NCBI GenBank assembly: GCA_041687695.1 | Contig: JAWLBL010000007.1 | Span: forward strand, 225,135-289,134 | Source of the DNA: Myxococcota bacterium | GTDB lineage: Bacteria > Myxococcota_A > UBA9042 > PHBI01 > JAWLBL01 | Direction of reading: 5' to 3' | DNA: 64,000 bases | Shown here: piece by piece, positions 31,960 through 40,094 of the stretch | Layout of the letters: every line of letters begins with the position of its first letter | Numbering within the stretch: position 1 is the first letter of the stretch | Translations under genes and position numbers: made by a program | Notes under the pieces: model-generated | Told to the model about the DNA's origin: nothing | What the model saw: the letters and a program-made list of their open reading frames with translations, nothing else | Database searches by the model: none

Positions 31960-32130
31960 GGTGGCCGAGGCGGTGGCCGTGGGCCGTGGCGGTGGCCGTG
32001 GGCCGTGGCCGTGGCCGAGGCGGTGGCCGTGGGCCGTGGCCGTGGCCTGGGGCCGTGGCCGGGGCCGTGACGGTGACCGAGGCCGGGGGCCGTGGCCGGA
32101 GCCGTGACCGTGGCCGGGGCCGTGGCCGGG
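31960..32130. repeat. Low-complexity (GGCCGT/GGCCGG)n tract
   Basis: Directly visible hexamer repeats; mirrored by the inverted tract at 33752-33935. Confidence 0.8.
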
Positions 32131-32157
32131 CTTCCGGGACCACCACCGCACCTGCTA

Positions 32158-32248
32158 CCGGACTGCACGAGCTCGCTCGTGCTCCGGATTCGCGCAGCTC
32201 GCTGCGCGCGGAGTGGCGCCCATCACCGAGGATTCAGCACGGCCCACG
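32158..32248 (+). repeat. REP-like double-hairpin element, copy A
   Basis: CCGGACTGCACGAGCTCGCTCGTGCTCCGG...GCGCAGCTCGCTGCGC; near-identical inverted copy at 33632-33723. Confidence 0.85.
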
Positions 32249-32470
32249 CCACGGTCACCGGCACGGCCACGGCCTACGGCCACGGTCACCTTCACGGCCT
32301 CGACCCCGGCCCCGAGCTCGGCCCCAGTCTCGCAGCGGGGAAGGCTCCGCTCGCCGGGTGCGGAGATCTGCGCATTTTCGGCGGTATCGGCAGGCCGGCG
32401 GGTCGGTCGACGCGGGGTGGTCTAGAGAAGGGCCGCATGATCCTTGGGCGTCGGCGACTGCGTCGAGGGT

Positions 32471-32486
32471 TGGCACGGTTGCTGCT
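32471..32486 (+). promoter_or_regulatory. Sigma-54 (-24/-12) promoter of putative ncRNA copy 1
   Basis: TGGCACGGTTGCTGCT, with GG-N10-GC spacing. Confidence 0.75.
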
Positions 32487-32496
32487 TCACCGTCCT

Positions 32497-32767
32497 GCGT
32501 CGCGCGCGGCTCCTCCCCGACCGCGTCTGACAACCAGACCTCGCGAACCGGCGGCCCGAGCCCCTCCCCGAGCTCGGACCACCGCTGGATCGGTGCCGGC
32601 CACCCCAGCCGACACGTCGAACCCCGAGAGGCGCCACGCACCGAGCTTCCAGGCCGGCAGGGCAGCAGGCGGACGATGAACCCCGACATCGGTCCCCAGG
32701 GCTGTCCCGGTGAGCCGGGTCCCTGCAAACCGGGCGGGCGCCGTCTCGATCTTCTCGCGAGGTCTGG
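32497..32767 (+). ncRNA. Putative novel structured RNA, copy 1
   Basis: Paralog of 36561-36840; 13-bp closing helix 32534-32546/32755-32767; stems covary with copy 2; sigma-54 promoter at the expected distance. Confidence 0.65.
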
Positions 32768-32814
32768 GCCGGGCCGACGGCGCATGACAGGATGCCTCCG
32801 CACGGGAGGCCCTC

Positions 32815-33627
32815 TTGTCCGACTCCGCCATCGCCGCCAACCGCCGCGCCTGGGACGCGCTCGTCCCGGTCCACCTGGCCAGCGACTTCTACGACGTCGA
32901 GGGCTTCCTCGCCGGGCGGGATCCCATCCCCGCCTTCGAGCGCGCCGAGGTCGGGGAGGTGGCCGGCCTCGAGCTGCTGCACCTGCAGTGTCACTTCGGG
33001 CTGGACACCCTGGCCTGGGCCCGGTCGGGGGCGCGAGTGACCGGGCTGGACTTCTCGCCGGCCGCGGTCGCGCAGGCGCGTCGGCTGGCCGACCGGGCCG
33101 GGATCGACGCGCGCTTCGTCGAAGCGGACGTCCACGACGCGCCGGCCGCCCTCGGCCACGCCCGCTACGATCTGGTGTACGTGAACGTCGGGGCCTTGTG
33201 CTGGTTGCCGCGCATCGAGCGCTGGGCGGACGTGGTGGCTGCGCTCGTGCGCCCGGGCGGGCGGCTGTACGTCCGCGACGTGCATCCGATGCTGATGGCG
33301 CTCGAGGTGCGCGAGTCGGGGCTGGCTGTGGCTCATCCGTACTTCGAAGACGGCGCGCCCGTCGAGGAGACCTCGGCCAGCTACGCCGACCCCAGCTCTG
33401 CGCCTCGGACGACCGTCACCTGGAACCGCGGGCTGGGGGAGATCGTGCAGAGTTTGCTCGACCGGGGGTTCTCGTTGGAGCTGCTCCGAGAGCACCGCGT
33501 CGCCGACTGGCAGGCGCTGCCCATGGCCGAGCTGGGCCCCGATCGCCTGTATCGGCTGCCCGCCGAGCTGCGCGATCGCGTCCCCCTGACGTTCTCGCTG
33601 CGGGCCACCTACCGAGGAGATCGGTAG
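32815..33627 (+). CDS. Class I SAM-dependent methyltransferase
   Basis: NRRAWD, LLHLQCHFGLDT, VTGLDFS, LVRPGG motifs; TTG start with GGAGG RBS. Confidence 0.9.
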   Translation: MSDSAIAANRRAWDALVPVHLASDFYDVEGFLAGRDPIPAFERAEVGEVAGLELLHLQCHFGLDTLAWARSGARVTGLDFSPAAVAQARRLADRAGIDARFVEADVHDAPAALGHARYDLVYVNVGALCWLPRIERWADVVAALVRPGGRLYVRDVHPMLMALEVRESGLAVAHPYFEDGAPVEETSASYADPSSAPRTTVTWNRGLGEIVQSLLDRGFSLELLREHRVADWQALPMAELGPDRLYRLPAELRDRVPLTFSLRATYRGDR

Positions 33628-33631
33628 CGGG

Positions 33632-33723
33632 CCGTGGGCCTGGCTGATCGCGCGGCGAGGGTGGCCACGCCGCGCGCAGCGAGCTGCGCGAGGCCGGAGC
33701 ACGAGCGAGCTCGTGCAGTCCGG
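33632..33723 (-). repeat. REP-like double-hairpin element, copy B (inverted relative to A)
   Basis: Reverse complement reads CCGGACTGCACGAGCTCGCTCGTGCTCCGGCCTCGCGCAGCTCGCTGCGCGCGG... Confidence 0.85.
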
Positions 33724-33751
33724 TGGCTGGCACGGAGACGGTCGTGCGGTC

Positions 33752-33935
33752 GGCCACAGCCCCGGCCACGGTCCCGGCCACGGTCCCGGTTCCGGTCCCG
33801 GCCACGGTCCCGGCCACGGTCCCGGCCACGGTCCCGGCCTCGGCCTCAGTCACGGCCCCGGTCCCGGCCCCGGCCCCGGCCACGGTCCCGGCCCCGCCCC
33901 CGCCCCCGGCCCCGGCCCCGGCCCCAGCCCCCGGC
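33752..33935. repeat. Low-complexity (CCCGGCCACGGT / CCCGGC)n tract
   Basis: Visible 12- and 6-bp repeats; reverse-complement-like to the tract at 31960-32130. Confidence 0.8.
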
Positions 33936-34087
33936 ATCGTCCGAGCACCTTCGGGGCGGGGGCTTGACGCGAGGCGTTCGCTCTTGGACGCTCGCCGCCT
34001 CACGGACGTCGGGCGGTGGGCCATCAGGCGAGGGCCTCGCTCGCGGCGTCGACGCGGGCCCCGGCAGGGCCTGCCCTGGAGCCCGTC

Positions 34088-34663
34088 ATGCTGAGGAAGA
34101 TCCTGCTGGGCCTCGCGGTCCTCGTCGTCGTCCTGTTGATCGTCATCGCCACGCGGCCGGACACCTACCGCGTCGAGCGCTCTACCGTGATCCAGGCTCC
34201 GGTCGAGCAGGTGTTCGCCGTGGTCAACGGCTTCGAGCGCTGGGGCGAGTTCTCGCCCTGGGACAAGCTGGACCCGGACATGAAGGTCGAGCGCAGCGGC
34301 CCGGCCACCGGCGTCGGCGCCGTCCATTCCTGGACCGGCAACGACCAGGTCGGCAAGGGCCGCATGACCATCACCGAGAGCGTCGCGAACGAGCGGGTCG
34401 CCATCAAGCTCGAGTTCCTCGAGCCGTGGACCTCGACCGCCGACACGGCGTTTACGCTGGCGCCCGAGGGCGGCGGCACCATGGTCACCTGGAGCATGTC
34501 GGGCGACAACGACTTCATGGGCAAGGCGTTCTCGCTCTTCATGGACATGGACGCGATGATCGGCGCCGACTACGAAAAGGGCCTGGCCGCGATGAAGCAG
34601 CTGGTCGAGGCCGAGGCCAAGGGCGCGGGCGCCCAGGCGCCGTCGGCGACCACCGCGAAGTAG
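34088..34663 (+). CDS. SRPBCC/START-like (polyketide cyclase) family protein
   Basis: N-terminal TM, VERSTVIQAP.E.VF, W.GNDQVGKG.M, IGADYEKGL..K. Confidence 0.85.
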   Translation: MLRKILLGLAVLVVVLLIVIATRPDTYRVERSTVIQAPVEQVFAVVNGFERWGEFSPWDKLDPDMKVERSGPATGVGAVHSWTGNDQVGKGRMTITESVANERVAIKLEFLEPWTSTADTAFTLAPEGGGTMVTWSMSGDNDFMGKAFSLFMDMDAMIGADYEKGLAAMKQLVEAEAKGAGAQAPSATTAK

Positions 34664-34680
34664 TCCCCGGAGGCGCCCGA

Positions 34681-35649
34681 TCACGCGACGGACGGCCAGC
34701 GTCCGTCGCGGTCCCACAGCAGGGCGTCCACCGTGGCCTGCTCGGGGACGTGGTCGGTCGCGCAGAAGGCGACGATGGCCTCGACCACCGCGGGGTCGCG
34801 CAGGATGCGCCGGTGCCCAAGGCCGTGGGTCTCGAGCAGGCGGGCGCCGGGCCAGGCGCGGGCGATGGCCTGCGCGTCGGACAAGGGCACCTCGCGGTCG
34901 AGGCGGTCGTGCACCAGCAGCGCCGGGGCGGTCATCCGGGCGGCGTTGGCCACGGTGGACAGCGCCTCGCCGCGGAGGCCCAGCCAGCGGTCGACGGCGG
35001 CCTCGGCGGCCCGCAGCGCCTGGGGCTGGGAGGTGAGGGCGCGCAGCCAGGCCCGCAGCCACTGGACCGGGTCGGCCGCGGGGCCGACGAGCACCACGCG
35101 CCGGACGGGCAGCCCCGACGCGGCGGCGAGGACGGCGGCCGGCGCCCCCAGCGAGTGGGCGACGACGGCGTGGGGCGGCCCGACCTCGGCGGCGACCGCG
35201 GCCAGGGCGCGCGCCATGCGGGCGACGTTGGTGCGGCGGCCGGGCGAGCGGCCGTGGGCCGGGGCGTCGAGGGCGACCGGCATGAAGCCGGCGGCCACCA
35301 GCGGGGCGACCAGCGGACTCAGCTGCGCACCATGGCCGCCCCAGCCGTGCATCAGCAGCACGGGCGCGCCGTGACCCCAGGCCCAGGCGTGCACCGGGCC
35401 CGCGGCGGTCTGGACCTGGAAGGCGCGGCCCTCGGCCAGGGTCCGGCGCTCGTCGTCGGACAGGCGGCGGCGCGGCGGGGCGAGGAAGAAGGCCCAGGCG
35501 CCCAGGCGGGCGGCGAGCCGCGGGGAGACCGTCGCCACCCGGCGCAGCGCCGAGGCGACCTGCCGGACCGTCGGATCCTGGGGGCGGGTCGTGGTGCGAA
35601 CGTTCGTGCTATTTTCTGGGCGGACGAGGGCATGGTCGTGAGCCGTCAT
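34681..35649 (-). CDS. Alpha/beta hydrolase
   Basis: MHGWGG, DAPAHGRS, AHSLG nucleophile elbow, HDRLDREVP, GLGHRRIL (intact triad). Confidence 0.9.
   Translation of the reverse strand: MTAHDHALVRPENSTNVRTTTRPQDPTVRQVASALRRVATVSPRLAARLGAWAFFLAPPRRRLSDDERRTLAEGRAFQVQTAAGPVHAWAWGHGAPVLLMHGWGGHGAQLSPLVAPLVAAGFMPVALDAPAHGRSPGRRTNVARMARALAAVAAEVGPPHAVVAHSLGAPAAVLAAASGLPVRRVVLVGPAADPVQWLRAWLRALTSQPQALRAAEAAVDRWLGLRGEALSTVANAARMTAPALLVHDRLDREVPLSDAQAIARAWPGARLLETHGLGHRRILRDPAVVEAIVAFCATDHVPEQATVDALLWDRDGRWPSVA
35597..35615 (-). promoter_or_regulatory. Putative TetR operator inside the 5' end of the hydrolase gene
   Basis: Minus strand AAAATAGCACGAACGTTCG matches 16/19 with AAAATGGAACGACCGTTCG at 36271-36289. 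Confidence 0.6.
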
Positions 35650-35670
35650 GGGGGATCTCCGTGGAAAGCG

Positions 35671-36264
35671 TCAGCGGGGTTGGGCGTCCCGAAGGAGCCG
35701 GTCGAAGGCGAGGCGGGTGCGCTCGAGCGCGCGCGGGTCGCGCATGAGGCGGGTCGCGTGGTGATAGGCGCAGATGACGCCGAAGAGCTCGTGGGCCAGC
35801 TGCGTCGGGTCGAGATCGTCGCGGAGGTGGCCCTCGGTCACCGCGGCGCGGGCGACGCTGGCGATGAACTCGAGCCAGTCGCGCTGCTGGGCGACCAGCT
35901 GGTCGCGGGCCGGGCCGGGGCGGTCGTCCAATTCGATGGCGGCGGCCAAAAACAGGCAGCCGACCTCGGCGCGGCGGACCTCGAGGTAGTCGAGCCAGCG
36001 CTCGAACAGCGCCACGATCCGCGGCAGGCCGCGTGGGGCGCGCAGGGCGGGGCGGATGACGGCGTCGGTGAACTGGTCGGTCGCCGCCTCGAGGATCTGG
36101 ACCTGCAGCGCCTCCTTCGAGGCGAAGTGCGCGAAGAGCCCGGACTTGCTCATGCCGAGATCCTTGGCGAGCGCGCCGATGGTCAGCCCCTCGAGGCCGA
36201 CGCGGGCCGCCTCGCGGGTGGCGTGGTCGAGGATGGTCGCGCGTGTGTCGTCGCCCTTGCTCAT
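35671..36264 (-). CDS. TetR/AcrR-family transcriptional regulator
   Basis: MSKGDDTRATIL...GLTIGALA..LGMSKSGLFAHF.SKE HTH; GCLF motif. Confidence 0.93.
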   Translation of the reverse strand: MSKGDDTRATILDHATREAARVGLEGLTIGALAKDLGMSKSGLFAHFASKEALQVQILEAATDQFTDAVIRPALRAPRGLPRIVALFERWLDYLEVRRAEVGCLFLAAAIELDDRPGPARDQLVAQQRDWLEFIASVARAAVTEGHLRDDLDPTQLAHELFGVICAYHHATRLMRDPRALERTRLAFDRLLRDAQPR

Positions 36265-36270
36265 GTCGAC

Positions 36271-36299
36271 AAAATGGAACGACCGTTCGTTCGTGTCAA
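36271..36299 (-). promoter_or_regulatory. Probably leaderless sigma-70 promoter of the TetR gene with an overlapping operator
   Basis: Minus strand TTGACA-17 nt-CATTTT-6 nt-ATG; the spacer contains the operator-like ACGAACGGTCGTT. Confidence 0.6.
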
Positions 36300-36533
36300 G
36301 CGTCTGTCGGTTCGAGGCCCGAGGGGCGCCAGTGTCGGTGGGCGGGACGGCCGCGGAGGCGTCACCGGGAGCGCTCGCCTCGTCCGCGGGGGGCGGTGCG
36401 GAAGGCCTCGCGTCACGGGTGCTGGATTTTCCCCGCTTCTCGGCGCCGAGGGTGTCCAGCCTCCGGTCGCGTGCGGGACCCGAGGACGGCGGCGCCGCGT
36501 CACGGCTGGGCGTCTCGCGCGGGCGGCGGGACC

Positions 36534-36549
36534 TGGCACGGAACCTGCT
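36534..36549 (+). promoter_or_regulatory. Sigma-54 (-24/-12) promoter of putative ncRNA copy 2
   Basis: TGGCACGGAACCTGCT, with GG-N10-GC spacing. Confidence 0.75.
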
Positions 36550-36560
36550 TTGTCTGTGAA

Positions 36561-36840
36561 GCGTCGAACGCGGCCTCCCGAGGACGCGCTGACAACCAGA
36601 CCTCGCGACCGACGGACGGGCCTCCCACGCTCCCCGAGCTCAGGCCATGCGCCGAACGGTCGATGCGCCGCGCCTCCCCACGCGGCGCATGTCGCACACC
36701 GAGTGGCGCCGCGCACCGTAGCTCCATCCCGGCAGGGCCGCAGGCGGAGGATGAACCCCGACATCACTCCCCAGGGCGGTCCCGGCGAGCCGGTTCCATG
36801 CAGCAGGGCGGGCGCCTACTCGACGCCGAGGGCTGGTCAG
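36561..36840 (+). ncRNA. Putative novel structured RNA, copy 2
   Basis: Same GCGTCG 5' end and conserved blocks as copy 1; closing helix 36589-36605/36827-36840; no same-strand gene downstream. Confidence 0.65.
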
Positions 36841-36984
36841 ACCAGGGTGAGCCCGACGCCGGGCGCGGGCGCGAGCCGCAGGCGTCGCGCCGGGCGGTCC
36901 CAGCCGGGGCCAGGGGCAGGGTTGCTGCGGTCTGTCGGCCTCGGCGCGGAGTCCGGCCGCAAGTGAGGGTGAGGCCGGCGAGGC

Positions 36985-37515
36985 TCACATGTGGATGTGC
37001 CAGAACAGGCTGCCGACGCGCCGGGCGGCGACGCGGAGCGGGGCCTGCGAGCGCTCGAGGGCGCGCTGGAGGCGGACGCGCGAGGGGCTGGTCGGGAGCT
37101 CGCCGGCCTCGTCGAGGCCCAGGGTGCGCGCTTGCGGGTCCAGGGTCAGCAACACCAGGGCGTCCTCACGCGCGACGGGCGAGAGGGTGTAGTAGGGGCA
37201 GGCGCGGAAGAAGGCCTCGACCTGAGGCGCGCGCGGGGTCCGGGCCTGCCAGCGGCCCTGCGGGCCAGCGACGGCGAGCCGCTGCATCAGGACGAAGCTG
37301 GCCTGCGAGTAGCGCCAGGCGGCGTCGACGGCGTGCCACAGCGCAGTCGCTCCCGCTTCGTCCGTCAGGCTGGTCACCATCAGGTGGCCGTAGCCGCGCT
37401 CGGGCGCGTGGGAGCCGTACACGAACAGGAACAGGTCCGCGTCGGCGGGCTCGGACAGGGGCGGGCCGGCCTCGGGCACGTCGAGCGGGTCGTAGGTCTG
37501 AAGGCGTGGTGGCAT
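36985..37515 (-). CDS. Hypothetical protein (176 aa)
   Basis: ATG start, normal amino-acid composition, GC-skewed third positions; no recognised motif. Confidence 0.6.
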   Translation of the reverse strand: MPPRLQTYDPLDVPEAGPPLSEPADADLFLFVYGSHAPERGYGHLMVTSLTDEAGATALWHAVDAAWRYSQASFVLMQRLAVAGPQGRWQARTPRAPQVEAFFRACPYYTLSPVAREDALVLLTLDPQARTLGLDEAGELPTSPSRVRLQRALERSQAPLRVAARRVGSLFWHIHM

Positions 37516-37592
37516 CGGCCGACGATACGCGAGGGTCGTCGGGCGGGGCCAGCGGCTCGGGGGGCGCGGGCGGGACTCTAGCTACGGACGTG

Positions 37593-37721
37593 TCGGACTG
37601 CCCGAGCTTGCTCAGGCTCGAGGGCCCGCGCAGCTAGCTGCGCGGGGAGTCATGGGACTGTAGCCTCGCGGGCGCAGCGAGCTGCGCCATGCCGGAGCAC
37701 GAGCGAGCTCGTGCAGTCCGG
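37593..37721. repeat. REPIN-like inverted doublet of the REP-like element (degenerate forward copy C and reverse copy D)
   Basis: TCGGACTGCCCGAGCTTGCTC...CGCGCAGCTAGCTGCGCG (37593-37646) faces GCGCAGCGAGCTGCGC...CCGGAGCACGAGCGAGCTCGTGCAGTCCGG (to 37721). Confidence 0.75.
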
Positions 37722-37778
37722 TGGTCGGGCTCCGCGGTGGATTCATAGCGGTAGCCATGACGGACGTCGGGCACGCGG

Positions 37779-40031
37779 TCAGGGGCCGTGGGTGAGGTAG
37801 GGGCGGGCCTGCTTGATGACGACCTGGCCCGTCGCGTCGAGCTTGATCTCGACGTCGAGGTGGAGCGGGGCGAGGTGGGGGTAGACGTTGGCCGCGAAGT
37901 GGTCGTGGAGCTGGAAGAGCAGGTCGGCCAGGACGGCGGTGTCGGCCTGGGACCACAGCGGGGCGCCGTCGGGCGACAGCGAGGAGGCGACCAGGACCTT
38001 CAGGTCGACGGGGACCGGCGGGTCGCCGTCGCGGCGGAAGGTCATCACCTCGGCGACGGCGGTGGGGTCGATCGGCTGCGCGACGCCGATGGCGCCGACC
38101 TGCGAGACGACGCGGTAGACGGGGGCGCCCGCGTCGACCTGCAGGTGGGTGACGGCGATGGCGTCGGCGCGCTCGAGGACGAAGGACGGGTTGACGGCGA
38201 GGCCCATGTAGACCGCCTCGTGGTCGAGGCCGTAGAACTCGCGCTCGTCCCAGGCGCGCTCGTTCCAGAGGCTGGCCCAGACCTTGCGGACGGCGTCCTC
38301 GACCGGGCGCTCCTTGGTGAGGTCGCCCTCGAGGTCGTCGATGATGGCGGCGACCCAGACGCGGTCGGGGTGGGCGGCGAGCTCGGCCTTGCGGCGGGCC
38401 AGCTCGTCGGTGAGCCAGGCCTGCTCGGCGGGGGACAGGCACTTGGAGGGGCCGGCGGCGTCGCCGTCGAGCGAGTCGGCGAGGCAGCCGGACTTGGAGT
38501 CGTACAGGCCGGCGCCGGTGAGGGCGTCGAGGTCCTCGGCGTTGGTGGAGCTGCGGAACTTGAAGCGGGTGGTGCGGCCGTCGGCGCCGAACAGGGCGAA
38601 GGCGTGCGCGTCGACCTTGGCGAGCAGGCCGACCGGGAAGGGGGCGGCGCGGATGGCGTCGCGCAGGGCGGCGAGACGCTGGCGCTTGTAGGTGATGTCG
38701 GTGCGCATGGCCGGGTCGGCGGCGAGGGCGGCGATCTCGGGGGCCAGCCCGGCGGCGTCGATGAAGGCGGCGTAGGCGGCGAAGGGGATGGCGAAGCCCG
38801 GGGGGCGGTGGGGCGCGGGCAGGGCGCCGTGGATCTCGGCGAGGTTGGCGGCCTTGGCGCCGTAGGCGATGGCGTCGTCGTGGCCGAGGTCGGCGAAGGA
38901 GGCGACGGCGGTGACGGCGAGGTCCGACTGCGGGGCCGGGACGGTGGGGCGGTGCGCCTCCCACCAGGCCTCGGCCTCGGCCAGCGAGGCGGCGCGGATG
39001 ACGGTGCCCTTGGGGCCGACGTCGATGCGGACCAGCTGGCCGTCGAGCCCGAGGACCAGGGGGTTGTCGTAGATGCCGGGGACGGTGGCGTTGGGGATGC
39101 CCTTCTCGATGAGGCGCAGGTTGACGTGGCTGTGCTCGTTCTGCGGATCGGCCGTGACCAGGCCGGCCACCAGCGAGATGTCGTTCGGGGCGCTCTCGAC
39201 GACGACCACGTCGCGGGGGCCGTAGTCGACCAGGGGGTCGCCGCGCGGGACGACGCGCAGGAAGCCGTAGCCGGTGCCCGGGCTGTGGGCGACCGAGCCG
39301 AGGCCGGCGGACAGCTGCTCGGGCCAGACCACGTCGACGCCCTGGGCCGCGAGGACCGCGCCGGCGGCGTGGGCCAGCTGCTTTTGCTGCGGGTCGCTGG
39401 GCACGAAGACCAGGAGATCGGTCGCGAAGGGCGCGCAGGCCTTCAGCGCCTGGTCGACCTGCACGACGTCGTCCACGGTCAGGGCGTTGGCGCCGCCCGG
39501 CTGCGAGTAGACGACGTACGAGACGACGCCGTGGGCCGCGGTGCGCGGGTGGACCACGGCGGGCCAGGCGCGGACGGCGCCGCCCCAGAACACGCGCGAG
39601 GTGCGCTGCATCACCATGGCGACGTAGGCCTCGTAGGCTAGATCCGCCAGCTCGGGGAAGGAGGTCAGGAACTCGAAGTGCCAGGCAAAGCGGTTCATGT
39701 CCTGGAAGTAGCAGGCCTCGGTGAGCGGCGCGGGCGGCTGGGCGCCGTCGACGCGGGCGAGGTACTTCACGTCGCTGCCGTCCTTGCCCAGCGCGGCCAG
39801 GTCGGCGGGGCCGCTCAGGGTCGTGAGGTAGCCGTCGGGCGGCGGGGGCGGCGGCGTGGTGTCGCCCGGGTCCACGTCCGACGCCTCGCCGTCGTCGTGG
39901 CCATCGTCGTCGACGTCGTCGGCGCCGGCGTCCCAGGCGTCGGGAGCGGTCGGAGGTGTCGTCTCGGGGCAGCCGGCCGTGAGCAGCGACAGGGCCGCGA
40001 GCAGCGTGAGTGAGGGGAGGGCGCGACGCAT
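37779..40031 (-). CDS. Lipoprotein with PEP-utilizing His-swivel-like and PEP/pyruvate-binding (PPDK_N ATP-grasp) domains
   Basis: Lipobox LLTAGC; GLVT...HSHVNL....GIPN; YGAKAANL, PGFAIPF, FRSSTNAEDL...GAGLYDS, VWASLWNERA, DVEIK...KQARP. Confidence 0.85.
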   Translation of the reverse strand: MRRALPSLTLLAALSLLTAGCPETTPPTAPDAWDAGADDVDDDGHDDGEASDVDPGDTTPPPPPPDGYLTTLSGPADLAALGKDGSDVKYLARVDGAQPPAPLTEACYFQDMNRFAWHFEFLTSFPELADLAYEAYVAMVMQRTSRVFWGGAVRAWPAVVHPRTAAHGVVSYVVYSQPGGANALTVDDVVQVDQALKACAPFATDLLVFVPSDPQQKQLAHAAGAVLAAQGVDVVWPEQLSAGLGSVAHSPGTGYGFLRVVPRGDPLVDYGPRDVVVVESAPNDISLVAGLVTADPQNEHSHVNLRLIEKGIPNATVPGIYDNPLVLGLDGQLVRIDVGPKGTVIRAASLAEAEAWWEAHRPTVPAPQSDLAVTAVASFADLGHDDAIAYGAKAANLAEIHGALPAPHRPPGFAIPFAAYAAFIDAAGLAPEIAALAADPAMRTDITYKRQRLAALRDAIRAAPFPVGLLAKVDAHAFALFGADGRTTRFKFRSSTNAEDLDALTGAGLYDSKSGCLADSLDGDAAGPSKCLSPAEQAWLTDELARRKAELAAHPDRVWVAAIIDDLEGDLTKERPVEDAVRKVWASLWNERAWDEREFYGLDHEAVYMGLAVNPSFVLERADAIAVTHLQVDAGAPVYRVVSQVGAIGVAQPIDPTAVAEVMTFRRDGDPPVPVDLKVLVASSLSPDGAPLWSQADTAVLADLLFQLHDHFAANVYPHLAPLHLDVEIKLDATGQVVIKQARPYLTHGP

Positions 40032-40078
40032 CAGGCAAGGGCTCCCGAGCCGAAGGGCGAGGTGTGGACTCCCCCGCA

Positions 40079-40094
40079 TGCAGACCGCGTGCCA
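40079..40094 (-). promoter_or_regulatory. Sigma-54 promoter of the PEP/pyruvate-binding lipoprotein gene
   Basis: Minus strand TGGCACGCGGTCTGCA (GG-N10-GC) about 50 nt upstream of ATG 40031. Confidence 0.65.

Noticed and set aside
31880..32425. Pro/Ala/Thr/His-rich ORFs across the hexamer tracts
   Set aside because: Translations of low-complexity intergenic repeats with no RBS or domain signal
32497..32767. Known RNA (6S, SRP, tmRNA, RNase P, cobalamin riboswitch, group II intron domain V)
   Set aside because: I could not find their diagnostic motifs by eye; an Rfam scan is needed to exclude them formally
36751..36966. Conserved small peptide MNPDIxPQGxPGEP in both ncRNA-like copies
   Set aside because: Differences between copies are largely non-synonymous but pairing-preserving, and ORF lengths diverge completely; RNA structure explains the conservation better, though translation is not excluded
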